The position numbers and the translations under genes are program-made. 64,000 nucleotides of DNA from a virus: the IMG/VR virus record IMGVR_UViG_3300044970_001685. One strand, given 5' to 3'. The notes below the pieces were generated by a model, which was not told the origin of the DNA, did not search any database, and was given only the letters and a program-made list of their open reading frames with translations. This document shows, piece after piece, positions 1 through 7,110 of the stretch; positions within the stretch are counted from its first letter, which is position 1; every line of letters starts with the position of its first letter.

Positions 1-176
1 ATACTATGAAGAAAGGTGGAGATGAAGAAGATGAAAAAAAAGCAGAACCTAAAAGGGAAGAGTTTGTAGAAACTCCACCAGAACCACCTGCTCCCGAAGC
101 AGCAGCTCCATCTCTTGAAGAAAGAGTTGAAGCTCTTGAAGAGGGTCAAGTTCAACCACGTACTCCAGGAGCATAA
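1..176 (+). CDS. C-terminal part of an acidic, Pro-rich hypothetical protein (truncated by window start)
   Basis: Open frame ...MKKGGDEEDEKKAEPKREEFVETPPEPPAPEAAAPSLEERVEALEEGQVQPRTPGA ending TAA 174-176; stop overlaps the next ATG. Confidence 0.6.
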   Translation, partial: TMKKGGDEEDEKKAEPKREEFVETPPEPPAPEAAAPSLEERVEALEEGQVQPRTPGA

Positions 177-289
177 TGTCTAAGTCACCAAACAAAGGTA
201 AGAAAGGTTCTGCTGGTGGAAAACAATCCAAGCAGAACCAGGGAAATGCTACTGCTAAGAAAGCGAAGAACGGTGGTAAGAAAAAGTAA
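176..289 (+). CDS. 37-aa Lys/Gly-rich basic microprotein
   Basis: MSKSPNKGKKGSAGGKQSKQNQGNATAKKAKNGGKKK; TAATG coupling; below ORF-track cutoff. Confidence 0.7.
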   Translation: MSKSPNKGKKGSAGGKQSKQNQGNATAKKAKNGGKKK

Positions 290-298
290 TGAGGTTTT

Positions 299-490
299 AT
301 GCCACGTGAATGGAATACTCCAATTCGGCAACCTTGGAATCCTGTAATTAAAAAATGCCTTGATGCTGTTGATGAACACGTCAAGGCATATATTAAAACA
401 GGAGATGACTGGCACTTATCACAAGCAGAAATATTAAGAAAATATGTAAAAGATCTGAAAGTTTGGATACATAAAGAGGAAGGATGGTAA
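299..490 (+). CDS. hypothetical cyanophage protein
   Basis: 63-aa ORF preceded by GAGGT SD. Confidence 0.75.
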   Translation: MPREWNTPIRQPWNPVIKKCLDAVDEHVKAYIKTGDDWHLSQAEILRKYVKDLKVWIHKEEGW

Positions 491-491
491 T

Positions 492-644
492 ATGGACGAA
501 TTTCCTTGGGGTGTTTTTATAATATTATCTTGTGGACTTACTTTTACTGCATACATCATTTACTACATATTAAAGTTAGCATCTGAGGAGATGAAAGATG
601 AAACATCTGAGTCTAATTCTATCAATCACAAGTCTAGGCATTAG
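492..644 (+). CDS. small single-TM membrane protein
   Basis: MDEFPWGVFIILSCGLTFTAYIIYYILKLA..., 50 aa, manually translated. Confidence 0.6.
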   Translation: MDEFPWGVFIILSCGLTFTAYIIYYILKLASEEMKDETSESNSINHKSRH

Positions 645-810
645 TGCTGCTATTGGCGTGGGTGCTTATATCACTTACCAGAAAGCACAAAAAATTCTAG
701 ATAATCCAGAAGCATTTGTTGGTGCTGTTGTAGAGAAGCAAGTCACCAAAGCATTTGAGAAACTACCTATCCCCAAACTAAATACTGGGAGTATTAAGTT
801 TCCTTTCTAA
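598..810 (+). CDS. small N-terminally anchored membrane protein
   Basis: hydrophobic N-terminus LSLILSITSLGISAAIGVGAYI; GAGGAG SD. Confidence 0.7.
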   Translation: MKHLSLILSITSLGISAAIGVGAYITYQKAQKILDNPEAFVGAVVEKQVTKAFEKLPIPKLNTGSIKFPF

Positions 811-1223
811 TGGACAATAAAGATCCCTATATCTACAGAATACGTCAAATTCATAAGGTTGTAGATGGTGACACTATTGACGCTGATATTGATTTGGGTT
901 TTGATATCTCCCTTACTAAGAGAATTCGTCTTGCTGGTGTCGATACCCCAGAAAGTCGCACAGCAGATGCGAACGAAAAAAAATACGGACTCGAATCAAA
1001 AGAATGGTTGAAGCATCGTTGCGAAGGTGCCAAAAACATTCTAATCAAGACGGAACTTCCTGACTCCACAGAAAAGTATGGAAGAATCATTGGTCATCTG
1101 TTTATCAATGATGAACCAACTTCACTCAATGATCAGATGATTTCCGAAGGATATGCTTGGAATTATGATGGTGGTACAAAGAAGAAGAACTTTGCCGAAC
1201 TTGATGCAAAGCGTAAGAAGTGA
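810..1223 (+). CDS. thermonuclease (SNase) family nuclease
   Basis: VVDGDT, RIRLAGVDTPE, KYGR and GYA motifs. Confidence 0.9.
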   Translation: MDNKDPYIYRIRQIHKVVDGDTIDADIDLGFDISLTKRIRLAGVDTPESRTADANEKKYGLESKEWLKHRCEGAKNILIKTELPDSTEKYGRIIGHLFINDEPTSLNDQMISEGYAWNYDGGTKKKNFAELDAKRKK

Positions 1224-1417
1224 TTTACTTTAATATTGTAAGACTATTCTTAATTATTTGGAGTGCCCTAATGATTTCTGCTGTGGAATCTGTTGCGATT
1301 CGTACAGAAGGTCAAGTAGAACTTGAAAGTACAAGTAGAGATGCATATGCAAAAGTACTTGTTCTTGCTGTTGGTTCTTTTCTTGGTGATGCTGCCTTTA
1401 AGTTGAAGAAAAAATGA
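1220..1417 (+). CDS. small membrane protein
   Basis: GTGA overlap with previous stop; two hydrophobic segments. Confidence 0.55.
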   Translation: MIYFNIVRLFLIIWSALMISAVESVAIRTEGQVELESTSRDAYAKVLVLAVGSFLGDAAFKLKKK

Positions 1418-1647
1418 AAAGAATATCTTTACATTTTTTAATTTTAGCAAGACTCCTAACTCACGATGGAATAATACTTGAAAATAGAAGACCTATTCCT
1501 AAAAAACAACCGCCAGAAGTTATTCGTTTTGTTAGGAGACCAGCACGAAGAGGGCGCAAAAAATCTTTACAATTTGATACTAGTTTGTTAAATAGTAAAG
1601 ATTTGTTTAAGGTGTTACAAAATGACCACGGCACCAGCAAAGGATAA
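1414..1647 (+). CDS. basic hypothetical protein
   Basis: ATGA coupling; Arg/Lys-rich. Confidence 0.45.
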   Translation: MKRISLHFLILARLLTHDGIILENRRPIPKKQPPEVIRFVRRPARRGRKKSLQFDTSLLNSKDLFKVLQNDHGTSKG

Positions 1648-1759
1648 ACGTAAAAAAGAGAAGAATAATATTTTTCTAGAAATTCTTTATAACGTTTTAG
1701 TTCAGTTACCAGTTCTAGTGATTGGATGGATTATCACACAATTTACATCAGAAAGATAA
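1622..1759 (+). CDS. 45-aa single-TM microprotein
   Basis: MTTAPAKDKRKKEKNNIFLEILYNVLVQLPVLVIGWIITQFTSER; basic patch then TM. Confidence 0.55.
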   Translation: MTTAPAKDKRKKEKNNIFLEILYNVLVQLPVLVIGWIITQFTSER

Positions 1760-2569
1760 TCTGGCAGATAATTTTTTAGCAATTTTTTTAGCAGGGGCAA
1801 AGAGAGGTTTAAATCTTTCTTTGCCTTCTTTTGTGAACTTATCTTTGATTACATCGTCAATAATGATTTTATTATCAATCTCATAGAGAGCATTGATTTC
1901 AACTTGGTCACGAATATATTGCTCTACATTAGTTACTTGTTCTATTAAACGAGTTCCTTCGGCAGAGTATTCAAAAACATCTACATGTCCACCTTCTGCT
2001 AGGACATAATGTAGTACTGGCTTTACTTGTTTGATTTTAATCTTAAACTTATTCTTTGTTGCTTCTTTGATGATTGGTTCTGCTGCATTCTTCAAAGCAT
2101 TCAGAACAGTTGTTGATGCTATTGTAGCAGCAGTCGTTACTACTGCGACAGCACCAGCCGTAGCAACAAGAGAAGGGTCAGGTAAATTAATATCGACTCC
2201 ATAAACACTAAAAGTTGTTGGTGTTGTTGTTGGTTTGTCTGCTGGTATTTCAGCAATGGGTGTTTGAGTAGGAGGGGTTTGAGCAATCTGTGGAAGTTCA
2301 GGAGGGGGAGTAGGATCTGGAAAACCTCTACTTTTTTCTTGTTGTTCTTGTTCTTGTTTTTGTTTTTCTGCTTTTACGGCAGCATCAAATTCTTCTTGTG
2401 TTGGAACATTGATGACTGGATAATTGATTGATGGATTTGTAATATTAATAACTGGTACTTCCAATCCACGAATAAGTGGTTGTTGTGTAGTTTGAGTAAC
2501 AGGAGGTTCTATTGTAGGTATGATTCGTGGAGAATCAATTTTTACTGATTTGATTGGTTGTATTTCCAT
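1748..2569 (-). CDS. Pro/Gln-rich membrane-anchored protein (4th gene of minus-strand operon)
   Basis: Pro-rich N-half, central TM VATAGAVAVVTTAATIASTTVL, soluble C-domain; start at 2569 or 2578. Confidence 0.8.
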   Translation of the reverse strand: MEIQPIKSVKIDSPRIIPTIEPPVTQTTQQPLIRGLEVPVINITNPSINYPVINVPTQEEFDAAVKAEKQKQEQEQQEKSRGFPDPTPPPELPQIAQTPPTQTPIAEIPADKPTTTPTTFSVYGVDINLPDPSLVATAGAVAVVTTAATIASTTVLNALKNAAEPIIKEATKNKFKIKIKQVKPVLHYVLAEGGHVDVFEYSAEGTRLIEQVTNVEQYIRDQVEINALYEIDNKIIIDDVIKDKFTKEGKERFKPLFAPAKKIAKKLSARLSF

Positions 2570-3149
2570 TGACGACATCCTGTACTCGTGGATACTTCAC
2601 AACAACATCAGCACAAATTTTAAAATATGGACTTTCTGGATGGAAACTAATTCCATTTTTAATCGCTTCACCACATTTTAATAATCTTACAAGTTCAAAA
2701 TCAAGTCTTGCTTTATCTGCTTCTGCTTGTTGTCTTGCAATTTCTACTTTAGCTCTTGATTTACAGATCTCAGTAAGACTTCCATCAAGTGGGAAGTTAA
2801 ATCCCATTGAAAATCCAGCATTTCCACTATGAGATTGATATTGTGATGGATCTGCTCCCCCATTTAGACTTCCTAAAATGAAAGGAGAGAGACTCATTGT
2901 TGGACCTTGACAACTAACTCCACTACCGAAAGTATTCATGGCGTAAGGACCTTGTAACACCTGAACTGCCTGGTTTGTAACATTACCAGTGGCAGATGCC
3001 GAAGGTCCTGCTATATTTGTATTGGATGGAGCTTGTTGTGCTTTACTTCTACTCGAACCTGCAAGTGTTAATAATAGTATAGTTGCTATTGCGTAAAGAC
3101 TGATACTGAGTTTGTTGTTGAATCTTGTGTAGTGGTTCTTTCTATCCAT
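2535..3149 (-). CDS. exported protein with predicted beta-hairpin plus long amphipathic helix
   Basis: signal peptide (YAIATILLLTLAGSSRSKA-Q), GFSMGFNFPLDG strand, helix RAKVEIARQQAEADKARLDFELVRL, four Cys. Confidence 0.8.
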   Translation of the reverse strand: MDRKNHYTRFNNKLSISLYAIATILLLTLAGSSRSKAQQAPSNTNIAGPSASATGNVTNQAVQVLQGPYAMNTFGSGVSCQGPTMSLSPFILGSLNGGADPSQYQSHSGNAGFSMGFNFPLDGSLTEICKSRAKVEIARQQAEADKARLDFELVRLLKCGEAIKNGISFHPESPYFKICADVVVKYPRVQDVVNGNTTNQISKN

Positions 3150-3451
3150 GTTTCCTTAGCCACCCCAGGCCCAAGTGTTGTTTCACTGAACTGGAACGGA
3201 GCACCTTGAGTCATAACGCTATAATTAGCACCAGGCGTAGGAGTACCAGGAATATTGATATTCGTGCCTGTGACTGTATAAGATGTCCCAGTGGTATATT
3301 CTATTTGTTTAATCGTCTCAACGATTTCTGTGCGTGTCTTAGTTTCTGCTGTGATTGTTCCTCTGGTAAAATTAGGTACAACACTTTCAGCATATGCAGG
3401 AGTACAAATGACTCCCGCTGCTAAAAGCAGAACGGGAGTTATGTATCTCAT
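3086..3451 (-). CDS. secreted Thr-rich beta protein
   Basis: Sec signal MRYITPVLLLAAGVICTPAYA-E; paralogous to 3448-3912. Confidence 0.85.
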   Translation of the reverse strand: MRYITPVLLLAAGVICTPAYAESVVPNFTRGTITAETKTRTEIVETIKQIEYTTGTSYTVTGTNINIPGTPTPGANYSVMTQGAPFQFSETTLGPGVAKETWIERTTTQDSTTNSVSVFTQ

Positions 3452-3912
3452 TTGAATACACTTAATTCGATTGTTCTTTGTGCTGTTGCAGTTGTACCAG
3501 GACCACCAGCAGTTACGCTAGGAACGCCAGTTCCACTTAGAGAACCTGCAAGAGAACCTTTATCTCCTGCTAACTGAGTAGTAGAATTCCCATAAAGGTT
3601 GGGAGAAGCAATAACTCCACCAGAGACCGACTGAGTGGTGACTGCTGTATCAGCAGCGCGTTGAGTTTCTGAGAAAGTAAATGCTTGACCGTTTGTATCA
3701 ATGCCATATGAACCTGCGCCACCAACTCCACCAAGAGTAGTAACGTCAATATTTGTACCTGAAACAGAATAGGAAGCACCTACTCTTTCGGTTTGAATCG
3801 CTGCACCCTGAACACCAAGTTGAACGGAATCAGTAATTTTTGATGTAATTTCAGCAGCACCAGCAGGATTAACTAAGAATAATGTAGAAAGGACTAAAAG
3901 AACTTTCTTCAT
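3448..3912 (-). CDS. secreted Gly/Thr/Ser-rich beta protein
   Basis: Sec signal MKKVLLVLSTLFLVNPAGA-A from ATG 3912; ATGA overlap with next gene. Confidence 0.85.
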   Translation of the reverse strand: MKKVLLVLSTLFLVNPAGAAEITSKITDSVQLGVQGAAIQTERVGASYSVSGTNIDVTTLGGVGGAGSYGIDTNGQAFTFSETQRAADTAVTTQSVSGGVIASPNLYGNSTTQLAGDKGSLAGSLSGTGVPSVTAGGPGTTATAQRTIELSVFK

Positions 3913-3938
3913 TTTTCTTGAGTAATAAACACTACAAG

Positions 3939-3945
3939 TATTTAG
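3939..3945 (-). promoter_or_regulatory. T4-type late promoter (CTAAATA) for the minus-strand operon
   Basis: TATTTAG on + strand, 27 bp upstream of ATG 3912. Confidence 0.55.
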
Positions 3946-4042
3946 CACAACCATTTTTAGAAGTGGTCTACTTGACAAATCCTAAATAAAAACTTAATAT
4001 GGAAAATCCCATATCAGGGATTTTATTATGAGTCTGTGATGT

Positions 4043-4114
4043 GACATTAGAGCCGTGGAAGGTGCCCTTCGAGAGAGGTGGTGTACCCCCCTTCTATACG
4101 GATGTAGAGTTCAA
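4043..4114 (+). ncRNA. structured 5' leader of the hydrolase gene (candidate cis-regulatory RNA)
   Basis: CCGTGGAAGG...CCTTCTATACGG outer stem enclosing a GAGA-tetraloop hairpin; GC-rich island in an AT-rich intergenic region. Confidence 0.55.
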
Positions 4115-4123
4115 TTAATTTTA

Positions 4124-4756
4124 ATGCAAAACATCTTTACTGTAGCCCTGCCCCTTCTGGCATCGGTTACAACCAATATGGCAACACTGCCTGTATTTCC
4201 TCCTTTGACGGCACCACCAGCGCCATTTTCTGTTGTTAAGGAGTTTGAAACTACGACAGCGATCCGAGAGGTTGCTCCCGAAAAGCCAAAAGAGAAAAGG
4301 CTAATTTGTAAAGGGTGTTCAGAACATGAACAACTTGCCTTGGATTATTTCCAAGATCAAGGAATTAAAGACAGAAACGCCCTTGCTACTATCATGGGCA
4401 ATATTAAGCAGGAATCTATGTTCGTGCCTAATATTTGTGAAGGTGGTAGCAGGACTCAGTACCATCACTGCGGTCGTGGTTATGGACTGATCCAATGGAC
4501 ATCTGCCGATCGTTATTATGGATTGGGTGATTTTGCTAAGAAGTTTGGTGGTTCTCCATCAACACTTCCAACGCAACTTCGTTATCTGACGAATGAAGTT
4601 CAATGGAAACGAATCGAAGACCGAATGAAAACTCCTGGTAAGTCTATCGATCGCTACATGAACTATGCGTACAGTTGGATTGGTTGGGGCATTCATGGTG
4701 CTCGTACATCTTATGCTCATGAATATGCTAACCGACTGATCACGGTAGAAGTTTGA
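4124..4756 (+). CDS. lysozyme-like cell-wall hydrolase (phage tail lysozyme / lytic transglycosylase fold) with N-terminal signal
   Basis: ATIMGNIKQES (catalytic Glu helix), GYGLIQWT motif; start reassigned to ATG 4124 (MQNIFTVALPLLA). Confidence 0.85.
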   Translation: MQNIFTVALPLLASVTTNMATLPVFPPLTAPPAPFSVVKEFETTTAIREVAPEKPKEKRLICKGCSEHEQLALDYFQDQGIKDRNALATIMGNIKQESMFVPNICEGGSRTQYHHCGRGYGLIQWTSADRYYGLGDFAKKFGGSPSTLPTQLRYLTNEVQWKRIEDRMKTPGKSIDRYMNYAYSWIGWGIHGARTSYAHEYANRLITVEV

Positions 4757-4770
4757 CAAACTGAATAGGT

Positions 4771-4808
4771 GAGGGGGGCTTGACAGATGCCCTCCTCCCA
4801 TCTATAAT
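4771..4808 (+). promoter_or_regulatory. sigma70 promoter for tRNA cluster, with -35 in a hairpin loop
   Basis: TTGACA 4780-4785, 17 bp, TATAAT 4803-4808; stem GAGGGGGGC/GCCCTCCTC. Confidence 0.85.
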
Positions 4809-4825
4809 AAACAAGTGATTCAATT

Positions 4826-4899
4826 GGACCAGTAACTCAGTGGACAAGAGTATCCGCCTTCTAAGCGGTTAGCCGTAGGTTCGAATCCTACCTGGTCCG
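4826..4899 (+). tRNA. tRNA-Arg(TCT)
   Basis: cloverleaf, anticodon arm CCGC-CTTCTAA-GCGG, GGTTCGAATCC; no encoded CCA. Confidence 0.95.
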
Positions 4900-4926
4900 T
4901 TGGAGATTTATTCTCCAAATTTATAA

Positions 4927-4998
4927 TCCACAATGGCGCAGCGGTAGCGCAGATGACTGTTAATCATTTGGTCCCTGGTTCGAATCCAGGTTGTGGAG
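4927..4998 (+). tRNA. tRNA-Asn(GTT)
   Basis: TCCACAA/TTGTGGA acceptor stem, loop CTGTTAA, TTCGAAT. Confidence 0.95.
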
Positions 4999-4999
4999 T

Positions 5000-5077
5000 A
5001 GGGAGAACTAGAAATGTCTGGGACTTCCTCTAAATCCTAAGTTTACTTAGGTCGGGGATTTGATCACCCCCGCTAGT
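5000..5077 (+). ncRNA. structured inter-tRNA RNA of unknown function
   Basis: three hairpins: AGGGAG-AA-CTAGA(AATG)TCTGG-GA-CTTCCT; CCTAAG(TTTA)CTTAGG; CGGGG(ATTTGATCAC)CCCCG; fills the Asn-Thr spacer. Confidence 0.55.
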
Positions 5078-5078
5078 T

Positions 5079-5150
5079 GCCCTTGTAGCTCAGTGGTAGA
5101 GCGCGGCTTTTGTAAAGCCGATGTCGCAAGTTCAAATCTTGTCGGGGGCT
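5079..5150 (+). tRNA. tRNA-Thr(TGT)
   Basis: anticodon arm CGGCT-TTTGTAA-AGCCG; GTTCAAATC T loop. Confidence 0.95.
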
Positions 5151-5178
5151 TGACATAATATTCATTATGTCTTATACT
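5150..5178 (+). promoter_or_regulatory. sigma70 promoter
   Basis: TTGACA 5150-5155, 17 bp, TATACT 5173-5178. Confidence 0.8.
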
Positions 5179-5204
5179 TTACAAGTCCGTGTGAAGTGAA
5201 GTGC

Positions 5205-5275
5205 TGAGAGTGAAGCCAAAAGTAAGGCACCCCGACAAGGGATACAGTAGAAGGATGCGAAACCTTCCACTCTCA
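5205..5275 (+). ncRNA. tRNA-like cloverleaf RNA without a canonical anticodon arm
   Basis: TGAGAGTG/CACTCTCA closing stem; GCC(AAAAGTAA)GGC; CCC(CGACAA)GGG; GAAGG(ATGCGAAA)CCTTC. Confidence 0.65.
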
Positions 5276-5279
5276 CATT

Positions 5280-5351
5280 GCGGAGTTAGTTCAGTGGTAG
5301 AACGCTATCCTTCCAAGTTAGATGTCGTCGGTTCGAATCCGATACTCCGCT
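5280..5351 (+). tRNA. tRNA-Gly(TCC)
   Basis: GCGGAGT/ACTCCGC acceptor stem, loop CTTCCAA. Confidence 0.95.
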
Positions 5352-5367
5352 TATAAAACCAAAAAGC

Positions 5368-5401
5368 TTGACTGATCCCAAAGAAAATGTTAAGATAAAT
5401 A
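5368..5401 (+). promoter_or_regulatory. overlapping sigma70 and late promoter for the porin
   Basis: TTGACT-N17-TAAGAT fused to ATAAATA 5395-5401. Confidence 0.6.
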
Positions 5402-5472
5402 CCGTGATCAATCGTGCCGCAACTACTTGCACGATTTTCACTATGTCGTTTAGTACTAAAAACAAATTTTTT

Positions 5473-6966
5473 ATGAAACTCAAACAACTGATGCTTGCAC
5501 CTGTTGCTCTGGGAATGGTTGCTCCTGTTGCTGCGAATGCCGCAGATCTGAATATGGCAGCAGTCAACCAATACTCTTCTGAGCAGGTTACAAGTGTCTC
5601 ACAACTGTCTGATGTTCAACCTTCGGATTGGGCATATCAGGCACTCAGCAACCTTGTAGAGCGTTATGGTTGCGTTGCTGGTTATCCTAACGGCACCTAT
5701 GGTGGTGGTAAGGCAATGACCCGATTTGAGGCAGCAGCACTTCTGAATGCTTGCCTTGACCGTGTAACCGAAGTTACTGATGAACTTCAACGTCTTGCAA
5801 AGGAGTTTGCTGATGAACTTGCAGTAATTCGTGGTCGTGTAGATAAACTGGAAGCAAAAGTGGGTGCTCTGGAAGCAACTCAATTCTCCACCACTACCAA
5901 ACTGAAAGGTGAAGCATCTTTCGTTCTTGGTGGTGTTGATAATGCTTGGGTTCCTGGTAAGGATGCCAGTACCAATGTAGGCAATACTGCTTTCAATTAC
6001 GATCTTCGTATCAATCTTGATACTTCTTTCACTGGAAAGGATCTTCTTCGCACTCGTCTGCGTTCTGGTAATTTCTCTTCTCAACCCTTTGGTTCCAGTT
6101 CTTCACTGTTCAAACTGGATAAGGCAGAGAGCACTGCTGATGTAGTTAAACTGGATCGTCTGTATTATAGTTTCCCTGCTCTTGCTAAGGGTGTAACTCT
6201 GACTGCTGGTGCTCTGGTTCGTAACACTGAGATGACCTGGATTCCTTCTGCTTATAAGTCGGATGTTCTGGACTTCTTCCAACTTGCTGGTGCTCCTGGT
6301 GTCTACAACAAGGCAACTGGTTCTGGTTTTGGTGCTCAATGGGTGCAAGGTAAGAAAGGTTTTGTTGCTGGTCTGAACTATGTTGCACAAGGTGGTTCTG
6401 ATTCCACCAAAGGTGAGTTTAACGAAAAAGGTGCTCTGAACACTCTTGCTCAGATTGGTTACCGTGCTCCTAATTATGGTGTTGCATTCGGTTATCGTTA
6501 TGGTACTGAAGGCACTCGTGTTCGCACCTTCAATGGTGTTCTGGGTTCTTCTGGTGCTCTTGCTCCTGGTCAAACCTCTAATGGTTATGCTCTGAGTGCT
6601 TACTGGCAACCTTCCAAGTCTGGCATCATTCCTTCTGTGAGTGGTGGTTATGGTTGGAATACTGTAAGTCTGAATGCCGAAGGTGAAGCAACTCCTAATG
6701 GCGCTACCGATTCGCAAACTTGGTACGCTGGTCTCCAGTGGTCTGATGTACTTGCTAAGGGTAATTCTGCTGGTTTTGCTATCGGTCAGCCTGGTAATGC
6801 AGAAGGACTTACTAAGGAAGCAACTATGTGGGAACTGTTCTATAAGTATCGTGTGAGCGACAACATCACTGTTACTCCTGCAGTGTTCTATGTTTCGAAC
6901 AATCAGGCACTTTCGGATACCTCTTCCAACTATGGTGGTGTAATTCAAACTACCTTCCGTTTCTGA
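5473..6966 (+). CDS. som: cyanobacterial outer-membrane porin (Som/OprB family with SLH domain)
   Basis: signal peptide, SLH motif SDVQPSDWAYQALSNLVERYGC, FSTTTKLKGE, C-terminal QTTFRF; start reassigned to 5473. Confidence 0.95.
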   Translation: MKLKQLMLAPVALGMVAPVAANAADLNMAAVNQYSSEQVTSVSQLSDVQPSDWAYQALSNLVERYGCVAGYPNGTYGGGKAMTRFEAAALLNACLDRVTEVTDELQRLAKEFADELAVIRGRVDKLEAKVGALEATQFSTTTKLKGEASFVLGGVDNAWVPGKDASTNVGNTAFNYDLRINLDTSFTGKDLLRTRLRSGNFSSQPFGSSSSLFKLDKAESTADVVKLDRLYYSFPALAKGVTLTAGALVRNTEMTWIPSAYKSDVLDFFQLAGAPGVYNKATGSGFGAQWVQGKKGFVAGLNYVAQGGSDSTKGEFNEKGALNTLAQIGYRAPNYGVAFGYRYGTEGTRVRTFNGVLGSSGALAPGQTSNGYALSAYWQPSKSGIIPSVSGGYGWNTVSLNAEGEATPNGATDSQTWYAGLQWSDVLAKGNSAGFAIGQPGNAEGLTKEATMWELFYKYRVSDNITVTPAVFYVSNNQALSDTSSNYGGVIQTTFRF

Positions 6967-6988
6967 TAAACCACTCATAAGTTGAGTG

Positions 6989-7016
6989 AAAGCACCCCAG
7001 AAAGGGGTGCTTTTTT
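6989..7016 (+). terminator. intrinsic terminator
   Basis: AAAGCACCCC-AGAAA-GGGGTGCTTTTTT. Confidence 0.9.
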
Positions 7017-7029
7017 ATGAAACCAGAAC

Positions 7030-7074
7030 CTTAACCAAATCTTAGTGGACTTTAAGGTTCTCTTCCAGTATTAT
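7030..7074 (+). promoter_or_regulatory. putative Pho box (SphR/PhoB) promoter of pstS
   Basis: CTTAACCA, CTTAGTGG, TTTAAGGT direct repeats at 10-11 bp spacing; -10 TATTAT 7069-7074; no -35. Confidence 0.65.
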
Positions 7075-7110
7075 TACTTACGAAGTCAATTCACTTCCAA
7101 AAAACTTTTT

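Noticed and set aside
4043-4114. c-di-AMP (ydaO) riboswitch before the cell-wall hydrolase
   Set aside because: Too short and lacks the GCUGAAUC / GGAAC / GUCAGCUAAC signature segments
5000-5077. tmRNA fragment or real tRNA
   Set aside because: No tmRNA 5' GGGGC end, tag ORF or CCA; no TTC loop or 7-nt anticodon loop
5368-5472. ORF-track N-terminal extensions (porin, pstS, gnd, hydrolase, GT11, hli, peroxiredoxin)
   Set aside because: They run through promoters, leaders or upstream genes; downstream ATGs give proper signal peptides or family N-termini
5599-6978. Long antisense ORFs opposite the porin (and similar ones opposite pstS, gmd, fcl, psbA and tail genes)
   Set aside because: Shadow frames caused by codon bias of the sense genes; no motifs, SD or promoters
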